Of a DNA stretch of 64,000 nt, positions 48,352-57,242 are shown in pieces. This DNA is from an uncultured Clostridium sp. Its GTDB lineage: Bacteria > Bacillota > Clostridia > TANB77 > CAG-508. Made by a program: the position numbers and the translations under genes. The DNA is taken from contig USDL01000002.1 in NCBI GenBank assembly GCA_900553365.1, positions 14,815 to 78,814 on the forward strand, written 5' to 3'. Numbering within the stretch: the stretch's first letter is position 1; each line of letters begins with the position of its first letter. The notes beneath the pieces were generated by a model that had not been told where the DNA came from, searched no databases, and saw only the letters and a list, made by a program, of their open reading frames with translations.

Positions 48352-49032
48352 TTATTTTTCTACGATTATTCCTCTTTCTACATCATCCCACCATTTATTT
48401 ATGTAATTTATAAACTCTATAGGTCTTTCTCCTATCCTTTCAATACATTCTTCCTTTGTTGCATCTATATATATTGGCTCTGCCCCAAGGTCTTGTATAG
48501 TCTTATCCCTTGTGTATTTATCTGCAAATCCACCTATTACCCAAGCATTGAGCCAATCTCCTTTTCTCACTTTTATGTTGTCTAATATGATTTCTCTTAT
48601 AGCAAACATATTCTTTAGTAAACTATCTGGATGCACATATCTAGGTTGTAAGCTTATACATTCCCATATATTATCTACATCTAATACTAAATCTCCTTTT
48701 AACATATGATTTTTTACATATGTAGTTTTCCCAGATAAAGGGCTTCCCCATATTAAAAATACCTTTTGCTCTTCTGGCTTTGTATTTGGTAGCCATCTGC
48801 CATGTCTCTTATTATGGCATTGATGACATAGTGCAATTAGATTCTTTGGATTTAAAGATATAGTATAATCGTTTACATTCTCTAATGTTAAGAATATTAT
48901 GTGATGCACTTCTTCTGCTAATGCTCCACAATCTCCGCAAGTATTATCCGCATCGGTCAATACTTGTTCTCTTACACATTGCCATTCATCACAATTATAA
49001 AATGCTTTTAAACTTTTCCACATATTTACCAT
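48352..49032 (-). CDS. HNH endonuclease fused to a P-loop NTPase/kinase-like domain
   Basis: N-terminal CGDCG...HHII...CHQCHNKRH (HNH). C-terminal FLIWGSPLSGKTTYV Walker A. Confidence 0.75.
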   Translation of the reverse strand: MVNMWKSLKAFYNCDEWQCVREQVLTDADNTCGDCGALAEEVHHIIFLTLENVNDYTISLNPKNLIALCHQCHNKRHGRWLPNTKPEEQKVFLIWGSPLSGKTTYVKNHMLKGDLVLDVDNIWECISLQPRYVHPDSLLKNMFAIREIILDNIKVRKGDWLNAWVIGGFADKYTRDKTIQDLGAEPIYIDATKEECIERIGERPIEFINYINKWWDDVERGIIVEK

Positions 49033-49481
49033 TCCTTAAACTTTGCTGTTTCTTTGTCTAGTTTTAATCGTTCTTGTTGTATTGCAATATTTTGAGGATT
49101 CTCTGCCCATCTATCTTTTGCTCTATTCTTTAGATAAAAGCACATAGCCCCTGTGTCTGGTGGTTTGAATTTCTGTACCTCAATTACTCTTACCTCTTCT
49201 CGATATTGGTCTGTTTTTACTTTTACTACTTGATGCTCTGTATAATAATATCCTGTAGCTGCTTTATATAAAGAATTTTCCACTTCTTCTACGGCTTCAA
49301 ACTGTGCCTTTTTTATAAGCCCAGAAAGCCAAGAATATTTTTTCTCATATGCCTCAAATGTAGTTTTACTTATTCCAAGGTTAGCAGCAATTTCTTTTTT
49401 AGTGCAACCTCTTTTCGCCCAATTTTCTATTTCTTCTTTTTTCTCTTTGAGCTGTTTTTCGTTGTATTTGCTCTTTGCCAC
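49026..49481 (-). CDS. HTH protein resembling a second type of small terminase subunit
   Basis: GCTKKEIAANLGISKTTF HTH and FYLKNRAKDRWAENPQ motif, common in TerS proteins. GTG start. Confidence 0.5.
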   Translation of the reverse strand: MAKSKYNEKQLKEKKEEIENWAKRGCTKKEIAANLGISKTTFEAYEKKYSWLSGLIKKAQFEAVEEVENSLYKAATGYYYTEHQVVKVKTDQYREEVRVIEVQKFKPPDTGAMCFYLKNRAKDRWAENPQNIAIQQERLKLDKETAKFKEW

Positions 49482-49579
49482 TTAACCACCTGCTTTTCTT
49501 TTTCAATTTCTTTTTTGAAACAACTATTATATTGTCTACAATTTTTACATTGATGCTTCATACAAATTTCTGTTTTCAT
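49427..49579 (-). CDS. Small Cys-rich protein (50 aa)
   Basis: Below the ORF-track cutoff. GGAGG RBS. MKTEICMKHQCKNCRQYNSCFKKE... Confidence 0.35.
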   Translation of the reverse strand: MKTEICMKHQCKNCRQYNSCFKKEIEKEKQVVKWQRANTTKNSSKRKKKK

Positions 49580-49707
49580 ATGTTTTTCCTCCTATAGAAA
49601 AAGACTTGTTTTTTCAAACAAGCCTTTAGGGGAATTTTTGGTATTACTTTTTTACACTTTTTTACAATATAAATATATCACTTTTAAAACGAACAAAACG
49701 AACATAT

Positions 49708-50124
49708 CTAATTTTTTTTAAAAAATCTTTTTAATTCCATTCTAGCTGCATCTGCAGATGTTTCCATTAAATGTCCTATTTGTACCCAGTTTTTGCCATC
49801 TATGTACTTATGTCTAATTATTTGTCTTATTCTTGAGTTATCAATTTCTTTTAAATATTCTTCTATATCTATAGTTATATCTAAAAGTTCATCTTTTTTT
49901 TCTTCTAGTAACCTTTTATACTTCTTTAGCTTTTTGCTTTCCTTTTTTTCCTCAATTCCTTCAATTACAATACTTCTTGATATATAAGGAAAAACACTAG
50001 ATGAACCTCTTACACTATCTCTTACAACTTGGCAGCTTTCCGCTTCTTCTATCTCTTGTATTCGATGTTCCAAGTCTTTTATTTCTCTTTTTATATCTTC
50101 ACACCTTGATAGTATATTACTCAT
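49708..50124 (-). CDS. Putative late-gene transcriptional activator (sigma-70 region 4-like / DUF1492/ArpU-like)
   Basis: 138 aa. C-terminal RQIIRHKYIDGKNWVQIGHLMETSADAARMELKRFFKK looks like an HTH. Sits just upstream of the packaging genes. Confidence 0.5.
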   Translation of the reverse strand: MSNILSRCEDIKREIKDLEHRIQEIEEAESCQVVRDSVRGSSSVFPYISRSIVIEGIEEKKESKKLKKYKRLLEEKKDELLDITIDIEEYLKEIDNSRIRQIIRHKYIDGKNWVQIGHLMETSADAARMELKRFFKKN

Positions 50125-50264
50125 CCGCTTCCCTCCTTCTCTTTTGTGGATTTACCACTATTCAATTATTTCTTCTTATTTTCATCATCATTGTTATTGC
50201 CAAAATATGCACATACAATGATTGTAACACATATTATCAATGTTATTATTACAGCATCACTCAT

Positions 50265-50495
50265 TTATTTTTCTACCTCCTTATGCACACAGGCTTTACT
50301 ATTATATTTTCTATTTCTGTTCTTTATTTTGTTATTTTTACATATACATGTTCCGTATATTTTATCTTCACTATCGAAAAATTTGCATTTATAGCATCTT
50401 TCTTTTAAATCTGCTTCATTTATTCTATATTCAAAAATCATATTAGGCTCCTGTACTTCCAAATCCGCCTTGCCTTGTATTATCTGCATTATCAT
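50265..50495 (-). CDS. Hypothetical Cys-containing phage protein
   Basis: 76-aa ORF in the early/middle region. Confidence 0.3.
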   Translation of the reverse strand: MIMQIIQGKADLEVQEPNMIFEYRINEADLKERCYKCKFFDSEDKIYGTCICKNNKIKNRNRKYNSKACVHKEVEK

Positions 50496-50910
50496 TTTCT
50501 ACTTTTGCGAATTTCATAAATATACCTTGTCCTAGTTTTTCTCCTGCTTTTATTACAACATCTTCTTCTAACATGTTATAGAATAAAAATGCAATTTCTC
50601 CCTCATTGTCTGGATTATTATAATAATCTGCATCTATTACTCCAACTCCATTTGGTATTATTAGTCCTTTTTTCTTTGGATTACTGCTTCTATTAAATAT
50701 TAGTAATACTTCATCTTCTGGAAACTCTGCTTTTATTCCTGTAGGAATCATCGTTATTTCTTTTGATTTACATACTACCATTGTTGGATTATAAAAATCA
50801 TATCCCGCACTATTTTTTGTACTTCTTTCTGGCATATTAAATACTATTGTTTTTTCCTTGTTGTTTTCCATCTCTTCTATAAATCTTTTTACTATATCAA
50901 ACTTTCTCAT
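50443..50910 (-). CDS. dut: dUTP diphosphatase
   Basis: SAGYDF, NGVGVIDADY and terminal RQGGFGSTG motifs. Confidence 0.88.
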   Translation of the reverse strand: MRKFDIVKRFIEEMENNKEKTIVFNMPERSTKNSAGYDFYNPTMVVCKSKEITMIPTGIKAEFPEDEVLLIFNRSSNPKKKGLIIPNGVGVIDADYYNNPDNEGEIAFLFYNMLEEDVVIKAGEKLGQGIFMKFAKVENDNADNTRQGGFGSTGA

Positions 50911-50912
50911 AA

Positions 50913-51557
50913 TTAGTTTTCCTCCCCTACTTTTAAATTTAGATGTTCTATTACATACTCCATACCTTCTATTCTTCCATTAAGGAATTCTAACCCTTTG
51001 TCTTTTTCAATTATTTCCTCTTCTAATTTTTTATTTTTATTTGTTATTTTTTCCGCTTCTTCTTTAGTTTTTACCAAAGCATTATTACATGATTGTATGA
51101 CTAGGTATGGATTATTAAATAATTCATCTATTGTTTGTCCTATACTTTTACTCTTTGATTTATTTTCCTTTTTATTTAAACTTAAAAGCCTATTTATAGC
51201 TTGGTCCGATGTATGTCCATCCCATTTTGGTGCTTTCTCTAATTCTTTTACATTAAATAAATCCCAATATTTCATTTCATAATGATATGTAGCTTGTCCA
51301 TCTGGAGTACTTATTCCTACTATGAAATAATTTTCATACATACTTCCATCACTATGCAATTTACTTTTCCATGCTCTTTCTGATATACTCTCTTGATTAC
51401 AAATAACACTAAATAATTTTGCTCTATGTTCGTATAACTCTCCAAATGTATGTTGTCCATCTGATATATTGTTTGTGTTTATCATTTTGTTTTTTTCATG
51501 GTCTATTATTGCTTGATTTATAAATTTTTCATATTTATTTTCTTTTATGGTTCTCAT
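50913..51557 (-). CDS. Hypothetical phage protein (WDGH-motif family)
   Basis: 214 aa; HTFGELYEHRAKLF...KWDGHTSDQ. Confidence 0.4.
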   Translation of the reverse strand: MRTIKENKYEKFINQAIIDHEKNKMINTNNISDGQHTFGELYEHRAKLFSVICNQESISERAWKSKLHSDGSMYENYFIVGISTPDGQATYHYEMKYWDLFNVKELEKAPKWDGHTSDQAINRLLSLNKKENKSKSKSIGQTIDELFNNPYLVIQSCNNALVKTKEEAEKITNKNKKLEEEIIEKDKGLEFLNGRIEGMEYVIEHLNLKVGEEN

Positions 51558-51561
51558 AATT

Positions 51562-51837
51562 TTAACCTCTCTCTTTCTTATAAATATAATTACCTCTAAA
51601 CATTTTCACAGCTCTATTTGCTACATCTGCATCTTTTCCGCAAAATACTTCTTGCACTACAATGTGTTCATCTATTCTTTTGGCTATTATTAAGCAGCTC
51701 ATATCTTTATTCTCTAATTTGTCATATCCAACAATTATTTCTTGTTTTCTGTCCGCTTCTTTTGCTATAAATAATAATGCTGCTATTGTATATCCACATA
51801 TTAAACAAATAAAAGCTACAATTATAATTACTATCAT
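51562..51837 (-). CDS. Hypothetical membrane protein
   Basis: 91 aa with an N-terminal TM. Confidence 0.35.
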   Translation of the reverse strand: MIVIIIVAFICLICGYTIAALLFIAKEADRKQEIIVGYDKLENKDMSCLIIAKRIDEHIVVQEVFCGKDADVANRAVKMFRGNYIYKKERG

Positions 51838-51850
51838 GATTTACTCCTTT

Positions 51851-52063
51851 CTAATCTATATATGGAATGTGGTTTTCTACTTGTTTACTATCTCCTCTTC
51901 CAAAATCTATTCCTATTTCAATTCCTTTTTGTTTTTCTAAAAATCCTTTTAGAGTAAATTTTAAAGTCATATTTTCTGCTAGTAATCTTTGATAACAATC
52001 TTCACAATACTTTGCCTCATCACTTCCACAATGTAAACATGTATTTTCTTTTATCTTTGGCAT
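51851..52063 (-). CDS. Hypothetical zinc-ribbon-like protein
   Basis: 70 aa; CLHCGS...YCEDC. Confidence 0.35.
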   Translation of the reverse strand: MPKIKENTCLHCGSDEAKYCEDCYQRLLAENMTLKFTLKGFLEKQKGIEIGIDFGRGDSKQVENHIPYID

Positions 52064-52545
52064 CTTACCCTCCTAATTTTTACATATGTCATATTCCATA
52101 CTTGAGCAATATAATAACTGCAGAATCCATCAATCAATACATTATTTTTGTCTAATATTATTTCTGGTAATATTCCATATTTTTTATAAAAATATTTTTT
52201 AGCTCGTAGCTTTATTTCTTTTGGTCTTTTGTACTCCTCTGGCATTTTATAGACTTTTGGTATATTAAATATATTAGGTTGTATATCCATTTGACCTTTC
52301 ATTATTGCAGGACCGCCACTTAAACTCAAATAACTAGAATATGTTTTCTCTATTTCCTGTAAAATCTCTTTTGCTCTTTCTTTGGTTTTGTAATAACCTA
52401 AATCCAAACAACCGTTAATTGCTATTGAGTATTTATACTCTTGTTCTACTGGTGGTATAATACTTATTCTTGTTATACTTTCAAAATTTATTATGGTTTC
52501 CTTATCTTGACTTATAATTATCATGATTTTCTCCTCCTTCTGCAT
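52051..52545 (-). CDS. Hypothetical phage protein
   Basis: 164-aa ORF, co-oriented and tightly packed with its neighbours. Confidence 0.35.
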   Translation of the reverse strand: MQKEEKIMIIISQDKETIINFESITRISIIPPVEQEYKYSIAINGCLDLGYYKTKERAKEILQEIEKTYSSYLSLSGGPAIMKGQMDIQPNIFNIPKVYKMPEEYKRPKEIKLRAKKYFYKKYGILPEIILDKNNVLIDGFCSYYIAQVWNMTYVKIRRVRCQR

Positions 52546-52831
52546 TTAATACTTTAAATTCTATTTTAGCTCCTGTTTGTTGTTCTATTAGTTCTTTTGT
52601 ATTTATTATTATATCTGGATTATAAGCAGTATTTGGAATATTCTCTATTTTCAAATTAGCTTCTATTTGTGGTCGCTCAAACAACTCTTTTGGTATATCT
52701 AGCTGCAGCCTACATGCAATCTCATTAAATGCTAAATCTGGTTTTGTTTTTCTAACTGCTTTAATTCCATTTTTGTTAATAATTAACCAATTTACTATTT
52801 TCACTATTTCCTCCCTCCTAATACTCTTCAA
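52502..52831 (-). CDS. Hypothetical phage protein
   Basis: 109-aa ORF. Confidence 0.35.
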   Translation of the reverse strand: MKSIRREEIVKIVNWLIINKNGIKAVRKTKPDLAFNEIACRLQLDIPKELFERPQIEANLKIENIPNTAYNPDIIINTKELIEQQTGAKIEFKVLNAEGGENHDNYKSR

Positions 52832-53258
52832 TTTTTACTATAACTTTTGGAGTTCTAGCATACTTCTTTATAATTCTTGCATCTGTAATTTGTGCATCAT
52901 CTTTAAAAGCAAATTTATTTAATGCATCACTAATTATTTTTCCAATATTATCCCAATCTGGCTTTTTAGTTGGGCTTATAATATCTGCCAACATTTCCGC
53001 TTCTTGTAGTTTACTTCTTTTATTTGGTAATTCAAAATAAGCAGTAATTGTCATTCTCACTTTCCCCTCTATTGGAACAAATTGTGGATACTTATATACA
53101 AATAATTGTCTTACTAAATATTCATAATTTTTTGTTTTTGTAGGAGTATAGGCTTTTCCTGTATATGTATTCATTCTAGGTCTTTGCTTACCTGTTATTG
53201 ATTCTTGAATTTCTAATTCATATATTATTTTTTCTTCCATTTTAGTTTCCCTCCTCAA
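52818..53258 (-). CDS. rusA: RusA-family Holliday junction resolvase
   Basis: TGKQRPR, ITAYFELP and KKPDWDNIGKIISDALNKFAFKDDAQI motifs. Confidence 0.8.
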   Translation of the reverse strand: MRRETKMEEKIIYELEIQESITGKQRPRMNTYTGKAYTPTKTKNYEYLVRQLFVYKYPQFVPIEGKVRMTITAYFELPNKRSKLQEAEMLADIISPTKKPDWDNIGKIISDALNKFAFKDDAQITDARIIKKYARTPKVIVKIEEY

Positions 53259-53928
53259 TACAAGAATGTAAATCTTGCATATTTAATCCTTTGTCTCTTC
53301 CATTTATAAAAGCATACGGGTCTGCAAACATAAAAGAATCTTTTTCTCTTGATTTGTAATGCCCTTTAATATTTAGATTTTCCATGTATTCCTCTACTTT
53401 TTTATTAGTTACTATCAAAGCATATTGTTCATTTTTTCTTGTTTCTTCCGCTTTTTGTCTTGCAAACTTTTCTCTTAATCCTCTTATAAATCCATCTGCA
53501 TAGTCTTTTCTTACAGCATTTTTTATTTGTATTGCTGTGTATTCTTCATAATTATTTTTAAAATACTTATTGAATCCATCTATTAACTGATTTTCCGCAA
53601 ATTCATATATTGTTTTTGCTATTTCTATATCTTCTTTAGCTCCTACAATTATTATTCTCTTGCCTGTATTTCCTCTCAAGAAGCAATCACATCTATAGTT
53701 GTTACATATCAATTTCATTAGTGATTTTCGCCAACTTCCTTTTTTTATATCTAATTCATTTTCTTGTATCTCTGACTCTTCCGATTCTTCTATTTCTTGC
53801 ATTTCTATATGGTATTTAGCCATCATTTTTTGAGCCATTAACATTGCAGCTTGTGCCTCATTGGGATTTTTATTGTTATTGGCAAGGGCTAATGCTTTTT
53901 TTATTTTTTCTATGATTTTTTCTTTCAC
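53242..53928 (-). CDS. DUF2786-like phage protein
   Basis: IEKIKKALALANNNKNPNEAQAAMLMAQKMMAKYHI N-terminus is typical of DUF2786. Confidence 0.55.
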   Translation of the reverse strand: MKEKIIEKIKKALALANNNKNPNEAQAAMLMAQKMMAKYHIEMQEIEESEESEIQENELDIKKGSWRKSLMKLICNNYRCDCFLRGNTGKRIIIVGAKEDIEIAKTIYEFAENQLIDGFNKYFKNNYEEYTAIQIKNAVRKDYADGFIRGLREKFARQKAEETRKNEQYALIVTNKKVEEYMENLNIKGHYKSREKDSFMFADPYAFINGRDKGLNMQDLHSCIEEGN

Positions 53929-53932
53929 TAGT

Positions 53933-54229
53933 TTATCCCTCCTCTTTAATATCTTTTAGAAAAGGATTTAAGCATTTATTGTGCATTACTACTTTTACAG
54001 CTCCTCTGTTTGTTATTGAGTTTGGTAATATTGCAATCCCTCCATCTTGTTCCTCGAGTTTCTTTTTTATTACTATTTCTTGTCCACAATAATCACATTT
54101 GTAATACTCGTATTCCTTTTCATCTTTGTATCTAACCAGGTGGCTTCCATCTGGTTTTTCTTTATATTTCACATATTTAGGGATGTTATCTCTACTACTC
54201 CAACTTGATATTTTCTCTTTTATTCCCAT
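53933..54229 (-). CDS. Hypothetical zinc-binding protein
   Basis: 98 aa; CDYCGQ...HNKC. Confidence 0.35.
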   Translation of the reverse strand: MGIKEKISSWSSRDNIPKYVKYKEKPDGSHLVRYKDEKEYEYYKCDYCGQEIVIKKKLEEQDGGIAILPNSITNRGAVKVVMHNKCLNPFLKDIKEEG

Positions 54230-54234
54230 AGGCT

Positions 54235-55056
54235 TTATTCTCCTTTCATCTCATCATGTAAACATGTAATGAAATAGCTTACAAATTCCTCTTTATCATA
54301 ATTGCCTTTTTCTATTTCCATGTATTTTTTTGTTTTTAGGTATCTAAATAAAAAGTCTTTTCTTGATAATTCATCTAAAAACACTTTGTATTCGCTAAAA
54401 TACAATTCTTTAACTACCCAATATTGCAATTTGGCATCCTCAACAAATTCTTTTGGTAGTAAATCTAAATCAGTGCTTGAATCTATATATATTTCTAGCC
54501 TTTTAAGATTTACTATAATTCCTTGTTTTTGACTTTCTGCGATGCCTTCAAATTCCGCTTCTTTGTTAGAAATAAAATTAAAAAACAAGTTTAGTTTAGT
54601 TTGGTTTAGTTTATTAAATTTGTTTTGTAGTGTATTGTTTTGTTTATTATTGTATTCGCCTGGTTGTGTGTTTGGTATAGTGTTCGGTATATCTTCCGCT
54701 TGTTTGTCTGCTTGTTTATTTGCTTGGTTGTCCGCTTGTGCATTTGCTTGTTCAAAATACAACACAATCAAGCTGTATCTAGGCATTTCGTTTTGGTTAC
54801 TGCCTTTTTTGTATTTGATATATCCATTGTTTATCAATTCTACTCTTGCTCTTTGCAATGCAGATGTATTCAATTTACATTTACTCATAATCGTAGTATT
54901 GGCTACCCTAAATTCTTTAAGCCAACCTGTCTTATTTGCTATATGCAATAAAAATCCATATAAAGATATAGCATTAGTAGATAAAGGCTTATAATCTAAA
55001 GTAGAATAAAACTCATTGAGCTGTTTAATGTAATTGATAGGTTGTAACTCACACAA
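54235..55056 (-). CDS. Replisome organiser / DnaD-domain-like replication initiation protein
   Basis: N-terminal LSTNAISLYGFLLHIANKTGW...ALQRARVELINNGYIKY winged-helix-like region. Internal 12-bp and 5-bp tandem repeats. Confidence 0.6.
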   Translation of the reverse strand: MCELQPINYIKQLNEFYSTLDYKPLSTNAISLYGFLLHIANKTGWLKEFRVANTTIMSKCKLNTSALQRARVELINNGYIKYKKGSNQNEMPRYSLIVLYFEQANAQADNQANKQADKQAEDIPNTIPNTQPGEYNNKQNNTLQNKFNKLNQTKLNLFFNFISNKEAEFEGIAESQKQGIIVNLKRLEIYIDSSTDLDLLPKEFVEDAKLQYWVVKELYFSEYKVFLDELSRKDFLFRYLKTKKYMEIEKGNYDKEEFVSYFITCLHDEMKGE

Positions 55057-55214
55057 TTTTTTTCTCCTCTCCGCTTGACTTCTGTTGCCATTGTGGTATA
55101 ATTAGCAATAGAAGTGTTTGCAAAAATATTTCTGTTAAGAGTTAATCGGTTTCATTAGTCTTGGGATTGATTAGCTCTTTCCTTTTATTCATTTTTTTGT
55201 TTTCTGTAGGCATT

Positions 55215-55511
55215 TTACTTTACCTCCTCATATATAATGATTGTTAGTTCTTGTCCTTCATATATTGTTGCAGATTCCATATTATTTAATTTTTTAATTT
55301 CGTATATGTATTCTCTGACATCTTGTCCTGGTTTTTTATATTTATCTGCAATATTCCATAAAGTATCATCTTCACATATAATTATTTTTTGATATGTTTC
55401 TTCATATTTTGGAATCTTTATAAAACTAAATATCATCATAATTATTAAAGTTATAAATAATATCAACATTCCAACTGATGAAATAAATCTTTTTTTATTA
55501 ACAATTCGCAT
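55215..55511 (-). CDS. Membrane-anchored LysM-domain protein (YneA-like)
   Basis: TM (MLILFITLIIMMIFSF) then DTLWNIADKY...IYEGQELTI, a LysM-like pattern. Confidence 0.6.
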   Translation of the reverse strand: MRIVNKKRFISSVGMLILFITLIIMMIFSFIKIPKYEETYQKIIICEDDTLWNIADKYKKPGQDVREYIYEIKKLNNMESATIYEGQELTIIIYEEVK

Positions 55512-55815
55512 TTTCTTGTACCTCTTTCTTTTTTTCTTCTAAATTTGTATTGAGCTTTTTTAACTCAAATAGTAACAATCCTGTTATTGCTTCCTTTTGA
55601 TTTGTTTTTATGTTTATACCTTGTAAATATAATCTTGCAGCTTGTTTATCTGCTTTTCTTAAATTGCCTAGTCCTGGTATTCTTGGGAAACCCTTTTCAT
55701 CAAACTTATTTCTTGCACTCGGTTCTCCTACCCCTAAAAGTTTTGCAAGTTCTTCTGGTCCGATAGTATCTGGTGCTTCTTCCCAGGTCAAGGAAGGTTC
55801 GATTTTCTTCTTCAA
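55498..55815 (-). CDS. Helix-turn-helix DNA-binding protein (excisionase-family-like)
   Basis: IGPEELAKLLGVGEPSARNKFDEKGFP; TTG start. Confidence 0.5.
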   Translation of the reverse strand: MKKKIEPSLTWEEAPDTIGPEELAKLLGVGEPSARNKFDEKGFPRIPGLGNLRKADKQAARLYLQGINIKTNQKEAITGLLLFELKKLNTNLEEKKKEVQENANC

Positions 55816-55958
55816 TTTTCTCCCTCCTCGTATTTTTTGTGTTGAGCGGCAGCTTTCTTATTTTTTAAATTATCTTTTTTAATAACCTTATCCTCGGCAT
55901 ATATATTTTTTAATTCTTCTTTAGTGCAAAGTATAATATCCTTCTTGCTATTTTCCAT
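55812..55958 (-). CDS. Small hypothetical early protein (48 aa)
   Basis: Below the ORF-track cutoff. GAAGGAGGGG RBS preceded by the same palindrome as the cro-like gene. Confidence 0.35.
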   Translation of the reverse strand: MENSKKDIILCTKEELKNIYAEDKVIKKDNLKNKKAAAQHKKYEEGEN

Positions 55959-55973
55959 TTTCCCCTCCTTCTG

Positions 55974-55987
55974 TTTCCTACAGGAAA
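55974..55987. promoter_or_regulatory. Palindrome TTTCCTACAGGAAA next to the RBS of the small early ORF
   Basis: Near-identical to 56231-56244 and embedded in the shared context CTGTTTCCTAYAGGAAA. Confidence 0.5.
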
Positions 55988-55990
55988 CGA

Positions 55991-56212
55991 TTACTTTAAA
56001 AAAAGATACTCATTAGGATTCAAGTTATACTTTTTACATAAATTTGTAACAGCATCAAACATTTTCTTGCCTGGCTTTACTCTCTTTTTTAGAATTTTAA
56101 ACAAATAAGAATAGTTTATTTTCATAATTTTGGCAATTTCATCGTTTGATAATTTCTCTCTTCTCTTTATTTCAAGTATTGTATCCTTTAGTTTTTGAAT
56201 ATTTACTTCCAT
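55991..56212 (-). CDS. Cro-like XRE-family HTH regulator
   Basis: 73 aa, divergent from the CI-like repressor. KLSNDEIAKIMKINYSYLFKILKK. Confidence 0.7.
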   Translation of the reverse strand: MEVNIQKLKDTILEIKRREKLSNDEIAKIMKINYSYLFKILKKRVKPGKKMFDAVTNLCKKYNLNPNEYLFLK

Positions 56213-56230
56213 AAATTTTCCTCCTTTCTG

Positions 56231-56244
56231 TTTCCTATAGGAAA
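56231..56244. promoter_or_regulatory. Perfect 14-bp palindrome TTTCCTATAGGAAA next to the cro-like RBS
   Basis: Read directly from the sequence; second copy at 55974-55987. Confidence 0.5.
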
Positions 56245-56268
56245 TATATACTATTTATTTCATATTGT

Positions 56269-56294
56269 CAATACTTTTTATAAAAAAAGTATTG
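56269..56294. promoter_or_regulatory. 26-bp palindrome CAATACTTTTT-ATAA-AAAAAGTATTG in the cI/cro divergent region (operator candidate)
   Basis: 11-bp perfect arms between the divergent genes. Confidence 0.5.
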
Positions 56295-56341
56295 TTTTTT
56301 TTCAATAATTGTTTTATACTATATGCATGGAGGTTTTAGAT

Positions 56342-57082
56342 ATGTATAATCAAGATGTTTTAATAGGTATTATAATAGAATTAAAAAAGAATTATAATTC
56401 TCTTAATGAGTTTGCAAAAGCTGCAGGAGTAAATGCTGGATATTTATCTAAAATTATAAATAAACGAACTCTCAATGCCCCTACTCCCAATATTTTAGAA
56501 AAATTATCTAATACTTCTATATTACATAAAGATGAATATTATTCAAAGATGATGAATGCATGTGGTTATATAAATAACACTTTATCTAATGAAAATATGA
56601 AAATAGCAAAAGAAAAATCTAATTTAATGTCTTTAGATGAAAAAAAGGAAAAACTACTAAATTATATGAACAAAAACAATATTGAAAATCTATTTGCTAT
56701 TCCTTTATATAATATAGTTAAATCATCCTTAAATGATTCTCAAAAATATATAGAAGGTTACATTCCAGTAAATCCTCATATGTATAACATGAAAAATCCT
56801 GATGAATATTTTTATTTAAAAATATCAGATGACAGTATGGATAAAAAATATCAAGAAGGCGATTATATCTTAATGCAAAAAAGTTCAAACATAAAAAATG
56901 ATACTATTGCTCTTCTTGTTATAGATAATACCACTATTGTCAGAAAAATTACTATACAAGATAATTTATTGTTATTAGAACCATTATCTAATAATACTAA
57001 ATATAAGACAAAAGTATGCGAAAAATCAAAAGTAACAATATTAGGAATTGTAATTGGTTTTATTGGATATGAAAATAATTAA
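56342..57082 (+). CDS. CI-like repressor: XRE HTH plus S24 (LexA-like) autopeptidase domain
   Basis: GGAGG RBS then ATG at 56342. LNEFAKAAGVNAGYLSKIINKR HTH. C-terminal ISDDSMDKKY...ALLVIDNTTIVRKI S24-like Ser/Lys pattern. Confidence 0.8.
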   Translation: MYNQDVLIGIIIELKKNYNSLNEFAKAAGVNAGYLSKIINKRTLNAPTPNILEKLSNTSILHKDEYYSKMMNACGYINNTLSNENMKIAKEKSNLMSLDEKKEKLLNYMNKNNIENLFAIPLYNIVKSSLNDSQKYIEGYIPVNPHMYNMKNPDEYFYLKISDDSMDKKYQEGDYILMQKSSNIKNDTIALLVIDNTTIVRKITIQDNLLLLEPLSNNTKYKTKVCEKSKVTILGIVIGFIGYENN

Positions 57083-57242
57083 AGAAGATATAAAAAAAGG
57101 AATGTGAAGAATTTTGCCGCTCAACACATTCCTACAAGGTACAATTACACTCGAAAGCGAATTGCAATTTATATTATACATATAAATAGCTTCATTTTCA
57201 AGTGTTTTTGAAGAAAAAATAATTGAATAATGGAGGTTTTTT

